Source of the DNA: Alphaproteobacteria bacterium
Lineage (GTDB): Bacteria; Pseudomonadota; Alphaproteobacteria; CAAHEQ01; UBA3637
Direction of reading: 5' to 3'
Assembly (NCBI GenBank): GCA_045635125.1
Contig: JAZRBO010000093.1
Location: forward strand, 1 to 34,913
Length of the DNA stretch: 34,913 bases
In this document: positions 9,442 through 20,061 of the stretch, in pieces
Layout of the letters: each line of letters begins with the position of its first letter
How positions within the stretch are numbered: the first letter of the stretch is position 1
Made by a program: the position numbers and the translations under genes
Notes under the pieces: generated by a model
The model's input: only the letters and a program-made list of their open reading frames with translations
Databases searched by the model: none
Told to the model about the DNA's origin: nothing

Positions 9442-10428
9442 ATGGCTGTTCAATTAATAATCGTAAAACCGGAAGATGAAGGGATTCGTTTGGATCGTTG
9501 GTTCGCCCGCCATTATCCAAGCTTAAAAAATGGTCAGCTGCAACGGTTGTTACGGGCTAAAAACATAAAAGTGAATCATCAAAAAGCAACAACAGCTCAA
9601 CGGTTGTCAGTTGGTGATGAAATTCGAGTTCCGCCGTTGGATGTTTCTGAGAAAAATAATTTACCTCGGAATTTGTCACATGCAGATATTACATTTATGC
9701 AGTCTTTGGTTTTATACCGGGATGATGACGTTATTGTCATTAATAAGCCGGCAGGTATAGCTGTTCAAGGTGGTTCTAAAACCGAACGTCACATTGATGG
9801 GATGCTGGATGCCCTTCGTTTTAATAAAGATGAAAAGCCTCGTTTAGTTCATCGCTTAGACAAAGATACTTCCGGAGTTTTGGTTTTGGGGAGAACGGCT
9901 AATGCGGCGGCGAAGTTGACTGAAACATTTAAAACACGTTCTGCTCAAAAAATTTATTGGGCTGTTGTTGTGGGAAAACCCAAGTTATTGTCTGGTAAAA
10001 TAGATGCTCCATTGTCCAAACTTTCTGGTGCCGGTGGCGGAGAACAGATGAAAATTGATTTTGATAATGGGCAAAGGGCTCAGACCCTTTATCGCGTGCT
10101 TGATTCCTTGGGAAGAAAAGCTTCTTGGTTGGAAATGAGTCCTCTTACTGGTCGAACACATCAATTGCGTGCGCATGCGGCACAGGCGCTGAATACACCG
10201 ATTGTTGGTGATGGTAAATATGGTTCAGAAAGGTCTTACTCGTTAGGGTTGGTTCATGATAAAAAAATGCATTTACATGCGCGGGCTATTCGCTTACCAC
10301 ATCCTAAAAAGGGATATATTGAAGTTTTTGCACCATTACCATCCCATATGGCGGATAGTTTTGCTTTCTTGGGTTTTGATGAAAGCGTCAGTATTCGGCC
10401 GTTTGATTATTTTACAAAGGAGTCTTAG
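9442..10428 (+). CDS. RluC/RluD-type 23S rRNA pseudouridine synthase (S4 domain plus RluA catalytic domain)
   Basis: S4-like N-terminus (RLDRWF). Catalytic motif HRLDKDTSGVLV, plus THQLRAH. ATG 9442 (aagggg RBS) is preferred to 9406. Confidence 0.85.
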   Translation: MAVQLIIVKPEDEGIRLDRWFARHYPSLKNGQLQRLLRAKNIKVNHQKATTAQRLSVGDEIRVPPLDVSEKNNLPRNLSHADITFMQSLVLYRDDDVIVINKPAGIAVQGGSKTERHIDGMLDALRFNKDEKPRLVHRLDKDTSGVLVLGRTANAAAKLTETFKTRSAQKIYWAVVVGKPKLLSGKIDAPLSKLSGAGGGEQMKIDFDNGQRAQTLYRVLDSLGRKASWLEMSPLTGRTHQLRAHAAQALNTPIVGDGKYGSERSYSLGLVHDKKMHLHARAIRLPHPKKGYIEVFAPLPSHMADSFAFLGFDESVSIRPFDYFTKES

Positions 10429-12744
10429 ATGAAAACTTTTTTTAAAATCCTTTTTATCTTGTTTACGTTATTGGTTGTAGCTGTTGCAATCTTTTTTCTA
10501 ACGTTTGATTTGAATATGTATAAAGGTTTTATTACAGAAACGGCTTCTAAGGCTATCGGACGTAAAGTTTCTATTGATTCGATGGAAATGAAATTATCGT
10601 TGATTCCGACAATTAAGATTAGGGGTGTTAAGATTGATAATCCGGAAGGAATTGTCTCGGATAAACCTTTTTTGATTACGGATTCAATTGAGGCTACTCT
10701 GGCCGTTGCACCACTTTTTTCTCGTCAGATAGAGGTGCGTAATTTTACCCTTGGTTCTGTTGGCGTATTTTTAGCGGATGACGGTAAGGGCGGTAATAAT
10801 TGGACATTTAATACGGGGGATAAGAAAGAAACCATTCCTTCTCAAGCAGAAGTAAAGTCAAATATTATACGAACAAAAACAAGTCATAATGAGGATTGGT
10901 TGTCGCAAGTGCGTATTGATGATATCGGGGCACAAAAAATTGTGGCTGTTTATATGCTGAACAATAATCGTCAATCGGTTTCCATTTCTGATTTTTCATT
11001 AAAACAGTTAAAAGCCTTTTCCTTTATGACGGATTACAATGGTATTTCAATGAAGGTTTCCGGTTCTTTTAATAGTATCTTAGATTTGTTACAGCAAAAA
11101 CCGAATTACGCCTTTAATTTAGATGTGCAAGCATTGGATGCTACGGCTAATATTTCTGCCAATGTCGGCAATATCAAAGAATTGAGTGATATTTTGTTAA
11201 ATATCAATGTGTCTGGCAATAATATTCAACAAACACTTCAACAGTTGGGCGTTAAAAATCCGTTAATCCCTAATAAATCTTTTTCTGGTAAGTTGGTGTT
11301 ACAAGGAGGAAAAACAGGTGTTCAGTTAACGCAATCAAAAATAACGCTAGGGGCGAATAATGCCCAAATGAATATGACGGGAGCAGCGTCCTTTGATCCT
11401 TTGACGGTAGATGTACAGGGGGATGTTGCTCTGACGGATAAAAAATTAGCTTCTACAATTGGTTTAAAACCGATGACGGCGCAGTTTAAAGTCGGTGCAA
11501 CACCAAAAATGATTACAATTTATGATATGTTGGTTCAGGCGAATCTTACGCCGATACAATTAAAGGGAACCGTATTATTGGATACACCCAAACCGACCAT
11601 TGATTTGTCGTTAAAGTCAGATACATTAGATATATATGATGTTTTTGCTGATTCTGATATAAAACCGAGTACAGAAGTGATTCAAAAATTATCGAATAAT
11701 GGGACGATCATTCCTGATAAAGAAATAGATTTATCGGCCTTAAATCTTTTGAATGTACGGGCAGTATTTGATTTTCCTCATATTCGTGTTAGTAATAGTT
11801 TTGCCGGTTACATTGGCATTTCAGGTCAGTTAAATTTAACGGATAGTGTTTTAGCGGTAAAACCTTTTTCTATTAAATTATTGGATGCGCAGTCAACGGG
11901 TGAGATATTGGTTAATGCTGTTCAAAAACCATATATGGTTACTTTAAGATTAAAAGGTAATTCATTGAATTTAGAAAAAATAATGTCTGTTTCTGAAAAT
12001 ATTCAAGGAGCCTCTTTAGATTTTGATATTGATTTGACGTCCACAGGAACTTCTTTAAAAACCATCATGTCCCATTTAAACGGAAATGTTATGTTGGAAG
12101 TTCCGGAGGGCGTTATTGTTAATAAATGGTTTAATACATTGCCAGCTGCTATAGGTATTGTTCGGCGGAAGAAAAACGCCTTGACCTTTTCGACAACGGA
12201 TCAGGAAAGCCATATTTTGTGTGCGGCTGTTAATGCCCGTATTCAGGATGGTAAGATAACAGGAACTAATAATGTTGCTATTGAAACATCTGCTATTAAC
12301 TTCTTAGTCGGTGGGGACGTAAATCTAGGTACGGAGACTATGGACTTGACAATTACACCGTCTTTGAATGAAGAAGATGCAGGTGATATTTTATCTGCTA
12401 TTCAATACATCAAGATAACAGGTACATTTTCCGAACCTAAAGCAACCTTGGATGCCCAAAAAGCTGTTGAAAGTGTCGTTCGTTCGGGATTGTCACAATT
12501 GGTGCAAAAGGTTGGCTTGGATATACCTGATGTGACACAACGCACAGGGGCTTATCAATTGTGCACTAAGGTCTTAGGGCGTCAATCTAAAGGAGAGGTC
12601 CTTGCTGCTTATAAAGAGGCTGAGAAGAAAAAAGTGTTGACTCCGACAGCGCCTGTTCCTGAAATAGAAGCGGAAGTGAATTTGTCACCCAAGGAACAAT
12701 TTAAAAAACAATTGCTGCAATCTATTACGGATGCTTTGCAATAA
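10429..12744 (+). CDS. AsmA-family outer-membrane biogenesis protein
   Basis: 771 aa with a single N-terminal TM ([18 protein letters not shown]), then a long beta-rich periplasmic region typical of AsmA/TamB-like proteins. Confidence 0.65.
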   Translation: MKTFFKILFILFTLLVVAVAIFFLTFDLNMYKGFITETASKAIGRKVSIDSMEMKLSLIPTIKIRGVKIDNPEGIVSDKPFLITDSIEATLAVAPLFSRQIEVRNFTLGSVGVFLADDGKGGNNWTFNTGDKKETIPSQAEVKSNIIRTKTSHNEDWLSQVRIDDIGAQKIVAVYMLNNNRQSVSISDFSLKQLKAFSFMTDYNGISMKVSGSFNSILDLLQQKPNYAFNLDVQALDATANISANVGNIKELSDILLNINVSGNNIQQTLQQLGVKNPLIPNKSFSGKLVLQGGKTGVQLTQSKITLGANNAQMNMTGAASFDPLTVDVQGDVALTDKKLASTIGLKPMTAQFKVGATPKMITIYDMLVQANLTPIQLKGTVLLDTPKPTIDLSLKSDTLDIYDVFADSDIKPSTEVIQKLSNNGTIIPDKEIDLSALNLLNVRAVFDFPHIRVSNSFAGYIGISGQLNLTDSVLAVKPFSIKLLDAQSTGEILVNAVQKPYMVTLRLKGNSLNLEKIMSVSENIQGASLDFDIDLTSTGTSLKTIMSHLNGNVMLEVPEGVIVNKWFNTLPAAIGIVRRKKNALTFSTTDQESHILCAAVNARIQDGKITGTNNVAIETSAINFLVGGDVNLGTETMDLTITPSLNEEDAGDILSAIQYIKITGTFSEPKATLDAQKAVESVVRSGLSQLVQKVGLDIPDVTQRTGAYQLCTKVLGRQSKGEVLAAYKEAEKKKVLTPTAPVPEIEAEVNLSPKEQFKKQLLQSITDALQ

Positions 12745-13031
12745 TGTTAGCGCATGTGCGAATATATGGCCGTGTTCAAGGTGTCGGTTATCGTGCCTGG
12801 ACACGTCGTCAGGCAGAATCTTTGAATCTATCCGGATGGGTTCGTAATCGGATTGACGGTAGTGTGGAAATTGCGGTCGAAGGGGATAAATCATCTTTGG
12901 ATTTGCTGCTGGCAGCATGTCGTAAAGGGCCGTGTTTTGGCCGAGTTGATCGGATTATTCCTGTTTCTGTTCCTGATGCTCCCTTTTTGCCAATAGAGCC
13001 TGGTGTTTTTGTTGTTAAGCCGACGGTTTGA
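12744..13031 (+). CDS. acyP: Acylphosphatase
   Basis: Signature motifs [11 protein letters not shown] and [12 protein letters not shown]. The start overlaps the asmA stop (TAATG). Confidence 0.85.
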   Translation: MLAHVRIYGRVQGVGYRAWTRRQAESLNLSGWVRNRIDGSVEIAVEGDKSSLDLLLAACRKGPCFGRVDRIIPVSVPDAPFLPIEPGVFVVKPTV

Positions 13032-13164
13032 TTTTTTTGTGGAAGATGAATTTTATAAAAATACATACGCTTTTGCCTCTTTTTTAATATGTTTTTATCT
13101 TTTTTTATTTTAGACTTGCCTTTTTGATTTATTTTGTGTAGGGTAATAAAGAAAAGGAGAAAAC

Positions 13165-13680
13165 ATGAACATAAAACAGGGATTGTCTTTGATTATTGGT
13201 TTGTTGTTGTCATGCCAAGCCATGGCAGCATCGGGAACAGAAATATTGGGAACTTTTGACGATTGGACGGCTTATGTCTTTTCTGATAACGGTGGAAAGG
13301 TTTGCTATATGGCAACAGAGCCGACAAAGTCAGAGGGAAAATATAAAGTTCGTGATGATGTTTTTTTGTTCGTGACACATCGAATGGCGGATAAAACTTT
13401 TGATACCGTAAATGTTATGGCCGGGTATACGTATAAGACAAGCTCTAAACCAACCTTTAAAGTTGATGGTAAAAAAGCCTTTACACTGGTTTCTCATGCG
13501 GATACAGCTTGGACAAAGGATGCTAAAACAGATAAGGCATTAGTTGATCAGATGCGTGCTGGTTCTAAGGCTGTTTTAAAGGGGACTTCCCGTCGGGGTA
13601 CGCTGACAACGGATACTTTTTCGTTGAAAGGGTTTTCTAAAGCCTATCGGGCTATTCAAAAAGCGTGTGGACGTGAATAA
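13165..13680 (+). CDS. Invasion-associated locus B (IalB)-family periplasmic protein
   Basis: Signal peptide (LSLIIGLLLSCQAMAAS). The body matches the IalB pattern (FDDWTAYV...VCYM...). RBS aaaggag. Confidence 0.6.
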   Translation: MNIKQGLSLIIGLLLSCQAMAASGTEILGTFDDWTAYVFSDNGGKVCYMATEPTKSEGKYKVRDDVFLFVTHRMADKTFDTVNVMAGYTYKTSSKPTFKVDGKKAFTLVSHADTAWTKDAKTDKALVDQMRAGSKAVLKGTSRRGTLTTDTFSLKGFSKAYRAIQKACGRE

Positions 13681-14739
13681 ATGAAAGAATTAGTAGGTTT
13701 AAGTTTTGAGGCTTTGACCCAAGAATTGACGGAAATGGGGGAAAAGCCTTTTCGTGCTAAACAATTGTGGCATTGGATCTATAACAAAGGGGAAACGGAT
13801 TTTTCAAAGATGACGACTTTGGCAAAACCGTTTCAAGCAAAATTAGCAGAATTATATACAATTACGCATCCGAAAATTGTAACGGAACAAACATCTGTTG
13901 ACCGGACACGTAAATGGTTGGTTGAATTTCAGGATGGCAAACAAGTAGAGTGTGTTTATATTCCGGAGTCAGATCGTGGCGCTGTTTGTATTTCAACGCA
14001 GGTTGGTTGTGCCCAAGGTTGTAAGTTTTGTCATACCGGAACGCAAAAGATGATGCGGAATTTAACGGCTGGAGAAATTGTGGGGCAATTTATGACGGCT
14101 CGGGATAGCTATGGTGAATGGCCAACTCCGACGGATGAAACGCGATATTTGTCTAATATTGTTGTTATGGGGATGGGAGAACCGCTTTACAATTTTGATA
14201 ACCTAAAGACGGCTTTGCGGATCTTGATGGATGGCGATGGTATAGCGATTTCTAAGCGTAAAATAACGGTGTCAACAGCTGGTATGGCAGACCATATTCC
14301 GGAATTAGCGGATTTAGGCGTTAAATTAGCGGTTAGTTTGCATGCCCCCAATGATGATATTCGGAATCAAATTATGCCGATTAATCGTAAGTATCCTTTA
14401 AAAACGTTAATTGAGGCGTGTAAGGAGTATCAACGACGTTCTGAACGGCGCCAGTTTATCACAATGGAATACGTGATGCTAAAAGGTGTCAATGACCAGC
14501 CGGAACATGCGCGGGAATTAATGGAACTTGTTAAGGGATTAGAGGTTAAATTCAACCTGATACCCTTCCATTATTGGGAAGGTGCACCCTTTGAGCCGAG
14601 CAGTAATAATGCGATACATCGGTTTTCTAAAATATTAGAGGATAATTGGTTTGCAGCTCCTATTCGTCGTTCTCGTGGTGAGGATATTATGGCAGCCTGT
14701 GGACAATTAAAATCGGCCAAGGGTAAAAAGGATGTGTAG
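13681..14739 (+). CDS. rlmN: 23S rRNA/tRNA adenine-C2 methyltransferase, radical SAM
   Basis: Radical-SAM cluster motif CAQGCKFCHTG, GMGEPL, and a C-terminal catalytic Cys context (MAACGQL). Confidence 0.92.
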   Translation: MKELVGLSFEALTQELTEMGEKPFRAKQLWHWIYNKGETDFSKMTTLAKPFQAKLAELYTITHPKIVTEQTSVDRTRKWLVEFQDGKQVECVYIPESDRGAVCISTQVGCAQGCKFCHTGTQKMMRNLTAGEIVGQFMTARDSYGEWPTPTDETRYLSNIVVMGMGEPLYNFDNLKTALRILMDGDGIAISKRKITVSTAGMADHIPELADLGVKLAVSLHAPNDDIRNQIMPINRKYPLKTLIEACKEYQRRSERRQFITMEYVMLKGVNDQPEHARELMELVKGLEVKFNLIPFHYWEGAPFEPSSNNAIHRFSKILEDNWFAAPIRRSRGEDIMAACGQLKSAKGKKDV

Positions 14740-14851
14740 TATTTTGTCGTTTTGATAAAATGCTACAAAACTGTCACAAAAGTGTCATTTGATTTTTGGA
14801 TGTATTTCGAGTATATTGAAAAAAGTTTATAACAAAAAGAGAGGAAGTAAA

Positions 14852-15685
14852 ATGAAAACAGGTATTATGTCCGGTAAAAAAGGCTTGATTATGGGGGTTG
14901 CGAACGACCATTCCATCGCTTGGGGTATTGCTAAAGCAATGGCAGATCAAGGGGCAGAACTTGCCTTTACATACCAAGGGGAAGCTTTGGAAAAGCGTGT
15001 TCGTCCGTTGGCGGAATCTGTTGGTTCAGATATTGTGATTCCGTGCGATGTGTTAGATCCGACATCTATGGATGCAACGTTCCAAACGATTAAGGATAAA
15101 TGGGGTAAAATGGACTTTGTTGTTCATGCGATTGCTTTTTCGGATAAGAATGAATTAAAGGGTCGCTATGTGGATACAACACCAGCTAACTTCAGCAATT
15201 CCATGTTGATTTCTTGCTATTCTTTTACAGATGTGTGCCGTCGTGCAGCCGAGTTGATGCCTGATGGCGGTGCTTGTTTGACATTATCTTATTTAGGGGC
15301 TGAACGTTATGTCCCGAATTACAATGTAATGGGTGTGGCAAAAGCTGCTTTAGAGGCTTCTATTCACTTTATTGCCTTTGATTTAGGGCATCAAAATATC
15401 CGTGTGAATGCGATTTCTGCTGGTCCGGTTCGGACTTTGGCTGCTGCTGGTATTGGTGATTTCCGTCAAATTTTAGGCTGGACAGAAAATAACTCAGCAT
15501 TATGCCGTAATGTTACAATTGAAGATGTTGGCGGAACGGGTATGTATTTATGCAGTGACTTGGCATCTGGTGTGACGGGTGAAATTATCCATGTTGACGC
15601 AGGATATAGTCGTAATGCTATGATTAATCCTCGGAATGCGGCTAAATCTGCCGAATTATTGGGAATGTTTAAGTTATCTGAATAA
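14852..15685 (+). CDS. fabI: Enoyl-ACP reductase [NADH]
   Basis: GVANDHSIAWGIAK nucleotide-binding motif and the Y-x6-K catalytic pair (YNVMGVAKAAL). ATG 14852 with a gagagga RBS is preferred to 14789. Confidence 0.92.
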   Translation: MKTGIMSGKKGLIMGVANDHSIAWGIAKAMADQGAELAFTYQGEALEKRVRPLAESVGSDIVIPCDVLDPTSMDATFQTIKDKWGKMDFVVHAIAFSDKNELKGRYVDTTPANFSNSMLISCYSFTDVCRRAAELMPDGGACLTLSYLGAERYVPNYNVMGVAKAALEASIHFIAFDLGHQNIRVNAISAGPVRTLAAAGIGDFRQILGWTENNSALCRNVTIEDVGGTGMYLCSDLASGVTGEIIHVDAGYSRNAMINPRNAAKSAELLGMFKLSE

Positions 15686-15720
15686 TTGATAGGATCTCTG
15701 TTATAAAAGGGATTGGATAC

Positions 15721-15748
15721 AAAACGCCGGTTTATTCCGGCGTTTTTT
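15721..15748 (+). terminator. Rho-independent terminator after fabI
   Basis: aacgccgg / ccggcgtt stem, loop tttatt, then a T-run. Confidence 0.7.
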
Positions 15749-15821
15749 GTATACATCAAACGTAAAACTACCTGCGTAATCGGGTAGATGTAGGTAATCC
15801 AAGAACTTCTTGCTATAATAG

Positions 15822-16019
15822 GATGGCAAGAAAGAAGGTCTGTACGAAAAATATGATGAGAATGGTCAGTTGCTAGAGAATTGTACTTATAAAGCGGGTA
15901 AAAAAGAAGGTCCGTGCGAAGAGTGCTACAACGACGACCAACAGAAAACAAAAAGTGTCAGTAAAAATAGGAAAAATGTTAAAAATAGGAAAAAAAGTCC
16001 AAAAGGTTGTAAAAAATAA
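15822..16019 (+). pseudogene. Start-less remnant of a MORN-repeat (YwqK-like) protein
   Basis: The open frame begins right after a TAG and has no start codon. It encodes DGKKEGLYEKYDENGQLLENCTYKAGKKEGPCEECYNDD..., i.e. two MORN-variant units, then a Lys-rich tail. Confidence 0.4.
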
Positions 16020-16040
16020 ATAAGGAACTTATACAAGTAA

Positions 16041-16076
16041 AATTAATACCCCGACAACAAAGACGGGGTATTAATT
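16041..16076 (-). terminator. Strong hairpin downstream of leuS (possibly a bidirectional terminator)
   Basis: 13-bp perfect stem aattaataccccg / cggggtattaatt with a 10-nt loop, 12 nt from the leuS stop. Confidence 0.6.
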
Positions 16077-16088
16077 ATTCTCTTTTTA

Positions 16089-18593
16089 TTATTTCACAAC
16101 AATGTTCATCAACCGTCCAGGAACGTAAATGACTTTGACAATTTCTTTGCCAGCGATGAATTCCTGTACATGCGACTCTTGTTTTGCCAAATCGAGCAAT
16201 TCGTCTTGTGTTATATCTTTAGGGACTGTTAATGTTGCTCGTTTTTTACCCAAAACCTGAATAACAATATCCATGTCATTTTGAACTAACAGGGTCTCAT
16301 CATACGTTGGCCAAGGAGCATAAGTAATGCTTTCCGTATGACCAAGGCGTTCCCATAATTCTTCTGCTACAAACGGAGCCAAAGGCGATAACATTTTGAC
16401 AAAGCTTTCCATGTCAGATTTTGCAATCGGCTTGTCAGACTTGTAAATAGCGTTTACCATTTCCATTAGTTTGGAAATAGCTGTATTGAATGTCATTTTT
16501 TCCATGTCTTCGGTCACGCCTTTAATAGTTTTATGCATGACTTTTGTTAATTCAAAATCGCCATTTTCTTGTATTTTTTCCGGCATTTCGAAAATGTTCC
16601 AAACCCGTTTGACAAAACGATTGACGCCGTTAATGCCGTCGGCAGCCCAAGGCTTTTCAGCTTCAATTGGTCCCATGAACATCAGGTACAACCGCATGGA
16701 ATCTGATCCGAATTCTTTGGCAACATCATCCGGATTGACAACGTTGTAACGAGATTTACTCATTTTTTCAACCTGTGTGTTAACTCGAATTTCTGTTCCT
16801 TTGACAAACCAATCATTACCCCGACGTTCAACTTCTTTTGGATAATAGTATTTACCGTTGTCATCTTGGTATGAATAGGCTAAAACCATCCCTTGATTGA
16901 CAAGGCGTTTAAATGGTTCATCTGTTGATACCAAACCGGCGTCAAACAGGACTTTTTGCCAGAAACGAGCGTATAACAGGTGTAAAACGGCATGCTCTAC
17001 CCCACCGACATATAAATCGACTGGCATCCAGTATTCATCAGCTTCTTTGCTGACAAACTCCTTATCATTGTGTGGGTCACAATAGCGTAAGAAATACCAG
17101 CTTGATCCGGCCCATTGAGGCATCGTATTTGTTTCACGCTTAGCAGGTTTTCCTGTTTCCGCATCAATCGTGTTAACCCATTCGGTTTGTCGGGCTAAAG
17201 GTGGTTCGCCATCGGCTGTTGGTCTAAAATCAGCTAAAGGCGGTAACAGAACAGGTAAATCCGCCATTGGCAAAGATTTGATAGTGCCGTCTTCACAATG
17301 GATAATTGGGAACGGTTCACCCCAATACCGTTGGCGGGCAAACAACCAGTCACGCAGTTTGTAGTTGACAGTTCCTTTGCCAACCCCGTTTGCTTCCAAC
17401 CATTCAATCATTTTAGCTTTGGATTCTTTGACATGTAATCCGTTCAACCAATCTGAGTTCATAAGGGCACCATCACCTTCGTGCGCTTCTTTAGAGATGT
17501 CGCCACCTTCGATAACTTGGATAATGGGGATATTGAATTTCTTTGCGAAATCGTAGTCCCGTTGGTCGTGTGCTGGCACTGCCATAATAGCACCATATCC
17601 ATAGTCCCCTAAAACATAGTCGGCAATGTAAATCGGTATTTGTTTACCGTTTAACGGGTTAATGGCATAGGCACCAGTGAAAGCACCGGTTTTTTCTTTA
17701 GCTTCAGCCATGCGGTCTTGGGCGGATTTTTTGCCAGCCTCAGCTACATAAGCTTCTACTTCTGTTCGACATTCATCTGTTGTAATTTCTTTCACCAAAG
17801 CATGTTCTGGAGCCAATACGCAATAGGTTGCCCCGAATAAGGTGTCTGGACGAGTTGTGTAAACGGTAAATTCAGCATTTGTTCCCGCTACCTTAAATTT
17901 GACATCGGCACCAGTGGATTTACCAATCCATTCCCGTTGCATGGTTTTAATGCCTTCCGGCCAATCCAGTTTATCAATGTCCTGTAATAATCTTTCTGCA
18001 TAGGCGGTGATTTTTAACATCCATTGACGCATTGGTTTTTTGATAACTTCATCACCCGTTTCAACATACTTACCGTCTTTGACTTCTTCGTTAGCCAAAA
18101 CGGTTCCGAGTTTGGGGCACCAGTTTACGGGCGTTGTAACTTCGTAGGCTAATCCTTTATCAAACAATATTTTAAAGATATATTGGGTCCATTTATAATA
18201 GCTGGGATCAGTGGTGTTGATTTCTCTGTCCCAGTCATAGGAAAGGCCGATGGCTTTTAATTGTGTTCTAAACACATCTGCGTTCTGTTTTGTTACGTCT
18301 GCAGGATGTAAACCACTACGTTCTGCATAGCGTTCTGTTGGTAAACCGAAAGCATCCCATCCCATCGGTTGCAACACATTAAATCCACGCATACGTTTAT
18401 AACGGGATACAATATCTGAGATGGTGTAGTTTTCAGCATGCCCTACATGCAGGCCGGCTCCGGATGGATAGGGAAACATCACAAGAGAATAATATTTTGG
18501 TTTTGATTTATCGATTTCAACATGGAAAGAATTGTGTTCATCCCAGTATTTTTGCCATTTTTGTTCAATTTCAATATGATTATATTCTGCCAT
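16089..18593 (-). CDS. leuS: Leucine--tRNA ligase
   Basis: 834 aa with a HIGH-type motif ([10 protein letters not shown]), a KMSKS motif, a CP1 editing domain and a LeuRS-typical N-terminus ([14 protein letters not shown]). Confidence 0.97.
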   Translation of the reverse strand: MAEYNHIEIEQKWQKYWDEHNSFHVEIDKSKPKYYSLVMFPYPSGAGLHVGHAENYTISDIVSRYKRMRGFNVLQPMGWDAFGLPTERYAERSGLHPADVTKQNADVFRTQLKAIGLSYDWDREINTTDPSYYKWTQYIFKILFDKGLAYEVTTPVNWCPKLGTVLANEEVKDGKYVETGDEVIKKPMRQWMLKITAYAERLLQDIDKLDWPEGIKTMQREWIGKSTGADVKFKVAGTNAEFTVYTTRPDTLFGATYCVLAPEHALVKEITTDECRTEVEAYVAEAGKKSAQDRMAEAKEKTGAFTGAYAINPLNGKQIPIYIADYVLGDYGYGAIMAVPAHDQRDYDFAKKFNIPIIQVIEGGDISKEAHEGDGALMNSDWLNGLHVKESKAKMIEWLEANGVGKGTVNYKLRDWLFARQRYWGEPFPIIHCEDGTIKSLPMADLPVLLPPLADFRPTADGEPPLARQTEWVNTIDAETGKPAKRETNTMPQWAGSSWYFLRYCDPHNDKEFVSKEADEYWMPVDLYVGGVEHAVLHLLYARFWQKVLFDAGLVSTDEPFKRLVNQGMVLAYSYQDDNGKYYYPKEVERRGNDWFVKGTEIRVNTQVEKMSKSRYNVVNPDDVAKEFGSDSMRLYLMFMGPIEAEKPWAADGINGVNRFVKRVWNIFEMPEKIQENGDFELTKVMHKTIKGVTEDMEKMTFNTAISKLMEMVNAIYKSDKPIAKSDMESFVKMLSPLAPFVAEELWERLGHTESITYAPWPTYDETLLVQNDMDIVIQVLGKKRATLTVPKDITQDELLDLAKQESHVQEFIAGKEIVKVIYVPGRLMNIVVK

Positions 18594-18784
18594 TACTTGA
18601 CTCCTAGTTATAAGTAAATATTTTAAATATGATATAAAAAATATCTTCGGAAGTCAATTGTTATTTGATTAATATTTGATTTTTCTCACTTGCTTTTTAC
18701 TTTTTGGTTGACTTGCTTTTAATCGAATTATCTTATTGATTTTATTTTATTTTTAATAAATGAAATTAAATAATTAAAAAATAA

Positions 18785-18813
18785 TTGACTTGATTTCTGT
18801 TTTAATATATAAT
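18785..18813 (+). promoter_or_regulatory. Near-consensus sigma70 promoter for the first ankyrin gene
   Basis: ttgact, 17-nt spacer, tataat. Confidence 0.55.
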
Positions 18814-18849
18814 CAAAAATTACTTTCTTTAAAAAATGATGGAGGTTAT

Positions 18850-19341
18850 ATGAGAAAAAAAGCTGGATATGTTTCATATTGGTTCTTTAAAGCTTGTGAA
18901 GACGGCGACGTTGAATTGGTAAAGGATTTACTTCGGATAGCTAATGTCAACCAACAACAATCAGATGGTTTCCTTGATAATAAAGCTCATCATCGGGATG
19001 AGGCACCCCACTTGAAGATTACTCCTTTCTTAAAAGCTGCACAAAATGGGCATAAGGATGTTTTGCCGGTTTTAATTCAGAATGGAGCGGATTTGACAAA
19101 AGCGATTTCTGTTAATTTACGTGGAAAGGAACCGTTTGATTTTTCTGTTGGGGATGTTTTGCGGGCTTCCCGTTCTTGGGCTGCGAATGATAAAATTGAT
19201 GATCGGATTTTGGAAAAATATGTATTGCCATTAGATATGGTTGACTATATTGAATCTGTTTTGCCTTCTGAACCATTGCGCATTGTTAAACACAATACCC
19301 AGAAAGGCAATCCTGATTTAGGGTCGAAACAACGAACTTAG
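18850..19341 (+). CDS. Ankyrin-repeat-like protein
   Basis: ANK-like units (ACEDGDVELVKDLL; LKAAQNGHKDVLPVLIQNGADL). ATG 18850 with a ggagg RBS is preferred to 18790. Confidence 0.55.
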   Translation: MRKKAGYVSYWFFKACEDGDVELVKDLLRIANVNQQQSDGFLDNKAHHRDEAPHLKITPFLKAAQNGHKDVLPVLIQNGADLTKAISVNLRGKEPFDFSVGDVLRASRSWAANDKIDDRILEKYVLPLDMVDYIESVLPSEPLRIVKHNTQKGNPDLGSKQRT

Positions 19342-19351
19342 GAGAATAACG

Positions 19352-19939
19352 GTGGATTTATTTCATATACAAACACGACGATTATGGAGTGCAGTTTCCC
19401 ATGGGGATTCCGAAAAGGTATTATCAGCTTTGAAAAACGGAGCAGATGTTAATGCTTGGTGCTTACACGGACGAGATAGTTATCCGTTAAATGAAAAGGT
19501 AGGTGTTGATTTTTATCGTCGCCCGATTTTAGTGGCGGCTCTTGCAAATCGGTATGATATTGTTATGATGCTTCTATCAAATCCCAAAGTAAAATTAAAT
19601 GCTATTTGCGCATTTCGTCCTAAACTTGAATGTTCTCTGACAACGCTGTATTCAACGACAAAATTTTTGGGTGGATGTGATGATGTTATTCAATCTAAAT
19701 TAGAAAAGTTAAGACGTCCTCGTCGTTTTTTCTTTTCATTGGAAGATATTGTTCGCTTAAACAAAGACCCAAAGAGTGGTTCTTTGTCTCCCGTTAGTCA
19801 AATTATTTTAAATCCCAAAATGACAAGTTTTTTGGAAAAAAGAATAAAAATGCGTAAGGTTTCTCATCGTGATAGTATACCCAATTTAGCCAGTGTGTTA
19901 CAGAAAGTTTTTGATGATTGTGTTAATACTCGAACATAG
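19352..19939 (+). CDS. Degenerate ankyrin-repeat-like protein
   Basis: GTG start with an aggag RBS. Units AVSHGDSEKVLSALKNGADVNA and VAALANRYDIVMMLLSNPKVKLNA. Confidence 0.45.
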   Translation: MDLFHIQTRRLWSAVSHGDSEKVLSALKNGADVNAWCLHGRDSYPLNEKVGVDFYRRPILVAALANRYDIVMMLLSNPKVKLNAICAFRPKLECSLTTLYSTTKFLGGCDDVIQSKLEKLRRPRRFFFSLEDIVRLNKDPKSGSLSPVSQIILNPKMTSFLEKRIKMRKVSHRDSIPNLASVLQKVFDDCVNTRT

Positions 19940-19965
19940 AGAATTACCAATTATACGTTATTTAT

Positions 19966-19989
19966 AGGCGGTTTTTCCGCCTTTTTTTA
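19966..19989 (+). terminator. Rho-independent terminator
   Basis: aggcgg ttttt ccgcct, followed by T7. Confidence 0.65.
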
Positions 19990-20008
19990 TATGTGATTAT
20001 GTTTAGCT

Positions 20009-20037
20009 CTTGAAAATAAGATAATATATGCTTATGT
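20009..20037 (+). promoter_or_regulatory. Candidate sigma32 (RpoH) heat-shock promoter for clpB
   Basis: cttgaaa, then 18 nt after CTTG, cttatgt. This resembles the alphaproteobacterial RpoH pattern CTTG-N17-CYTATNT. Confidence 0.4.
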
Positions 20038-20061
20038 CTTTATAAAAAAAGAGGTGTTACT

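Noticed and set aside
15466-15951. 161-aa minus-strand ORF
   Set aside because: It overlaps the 3' end of fabI and runs through the fabI terminator. It shows no homology pattern, and the plus strand explains the region better (fabI, terminator, MORN remnant).
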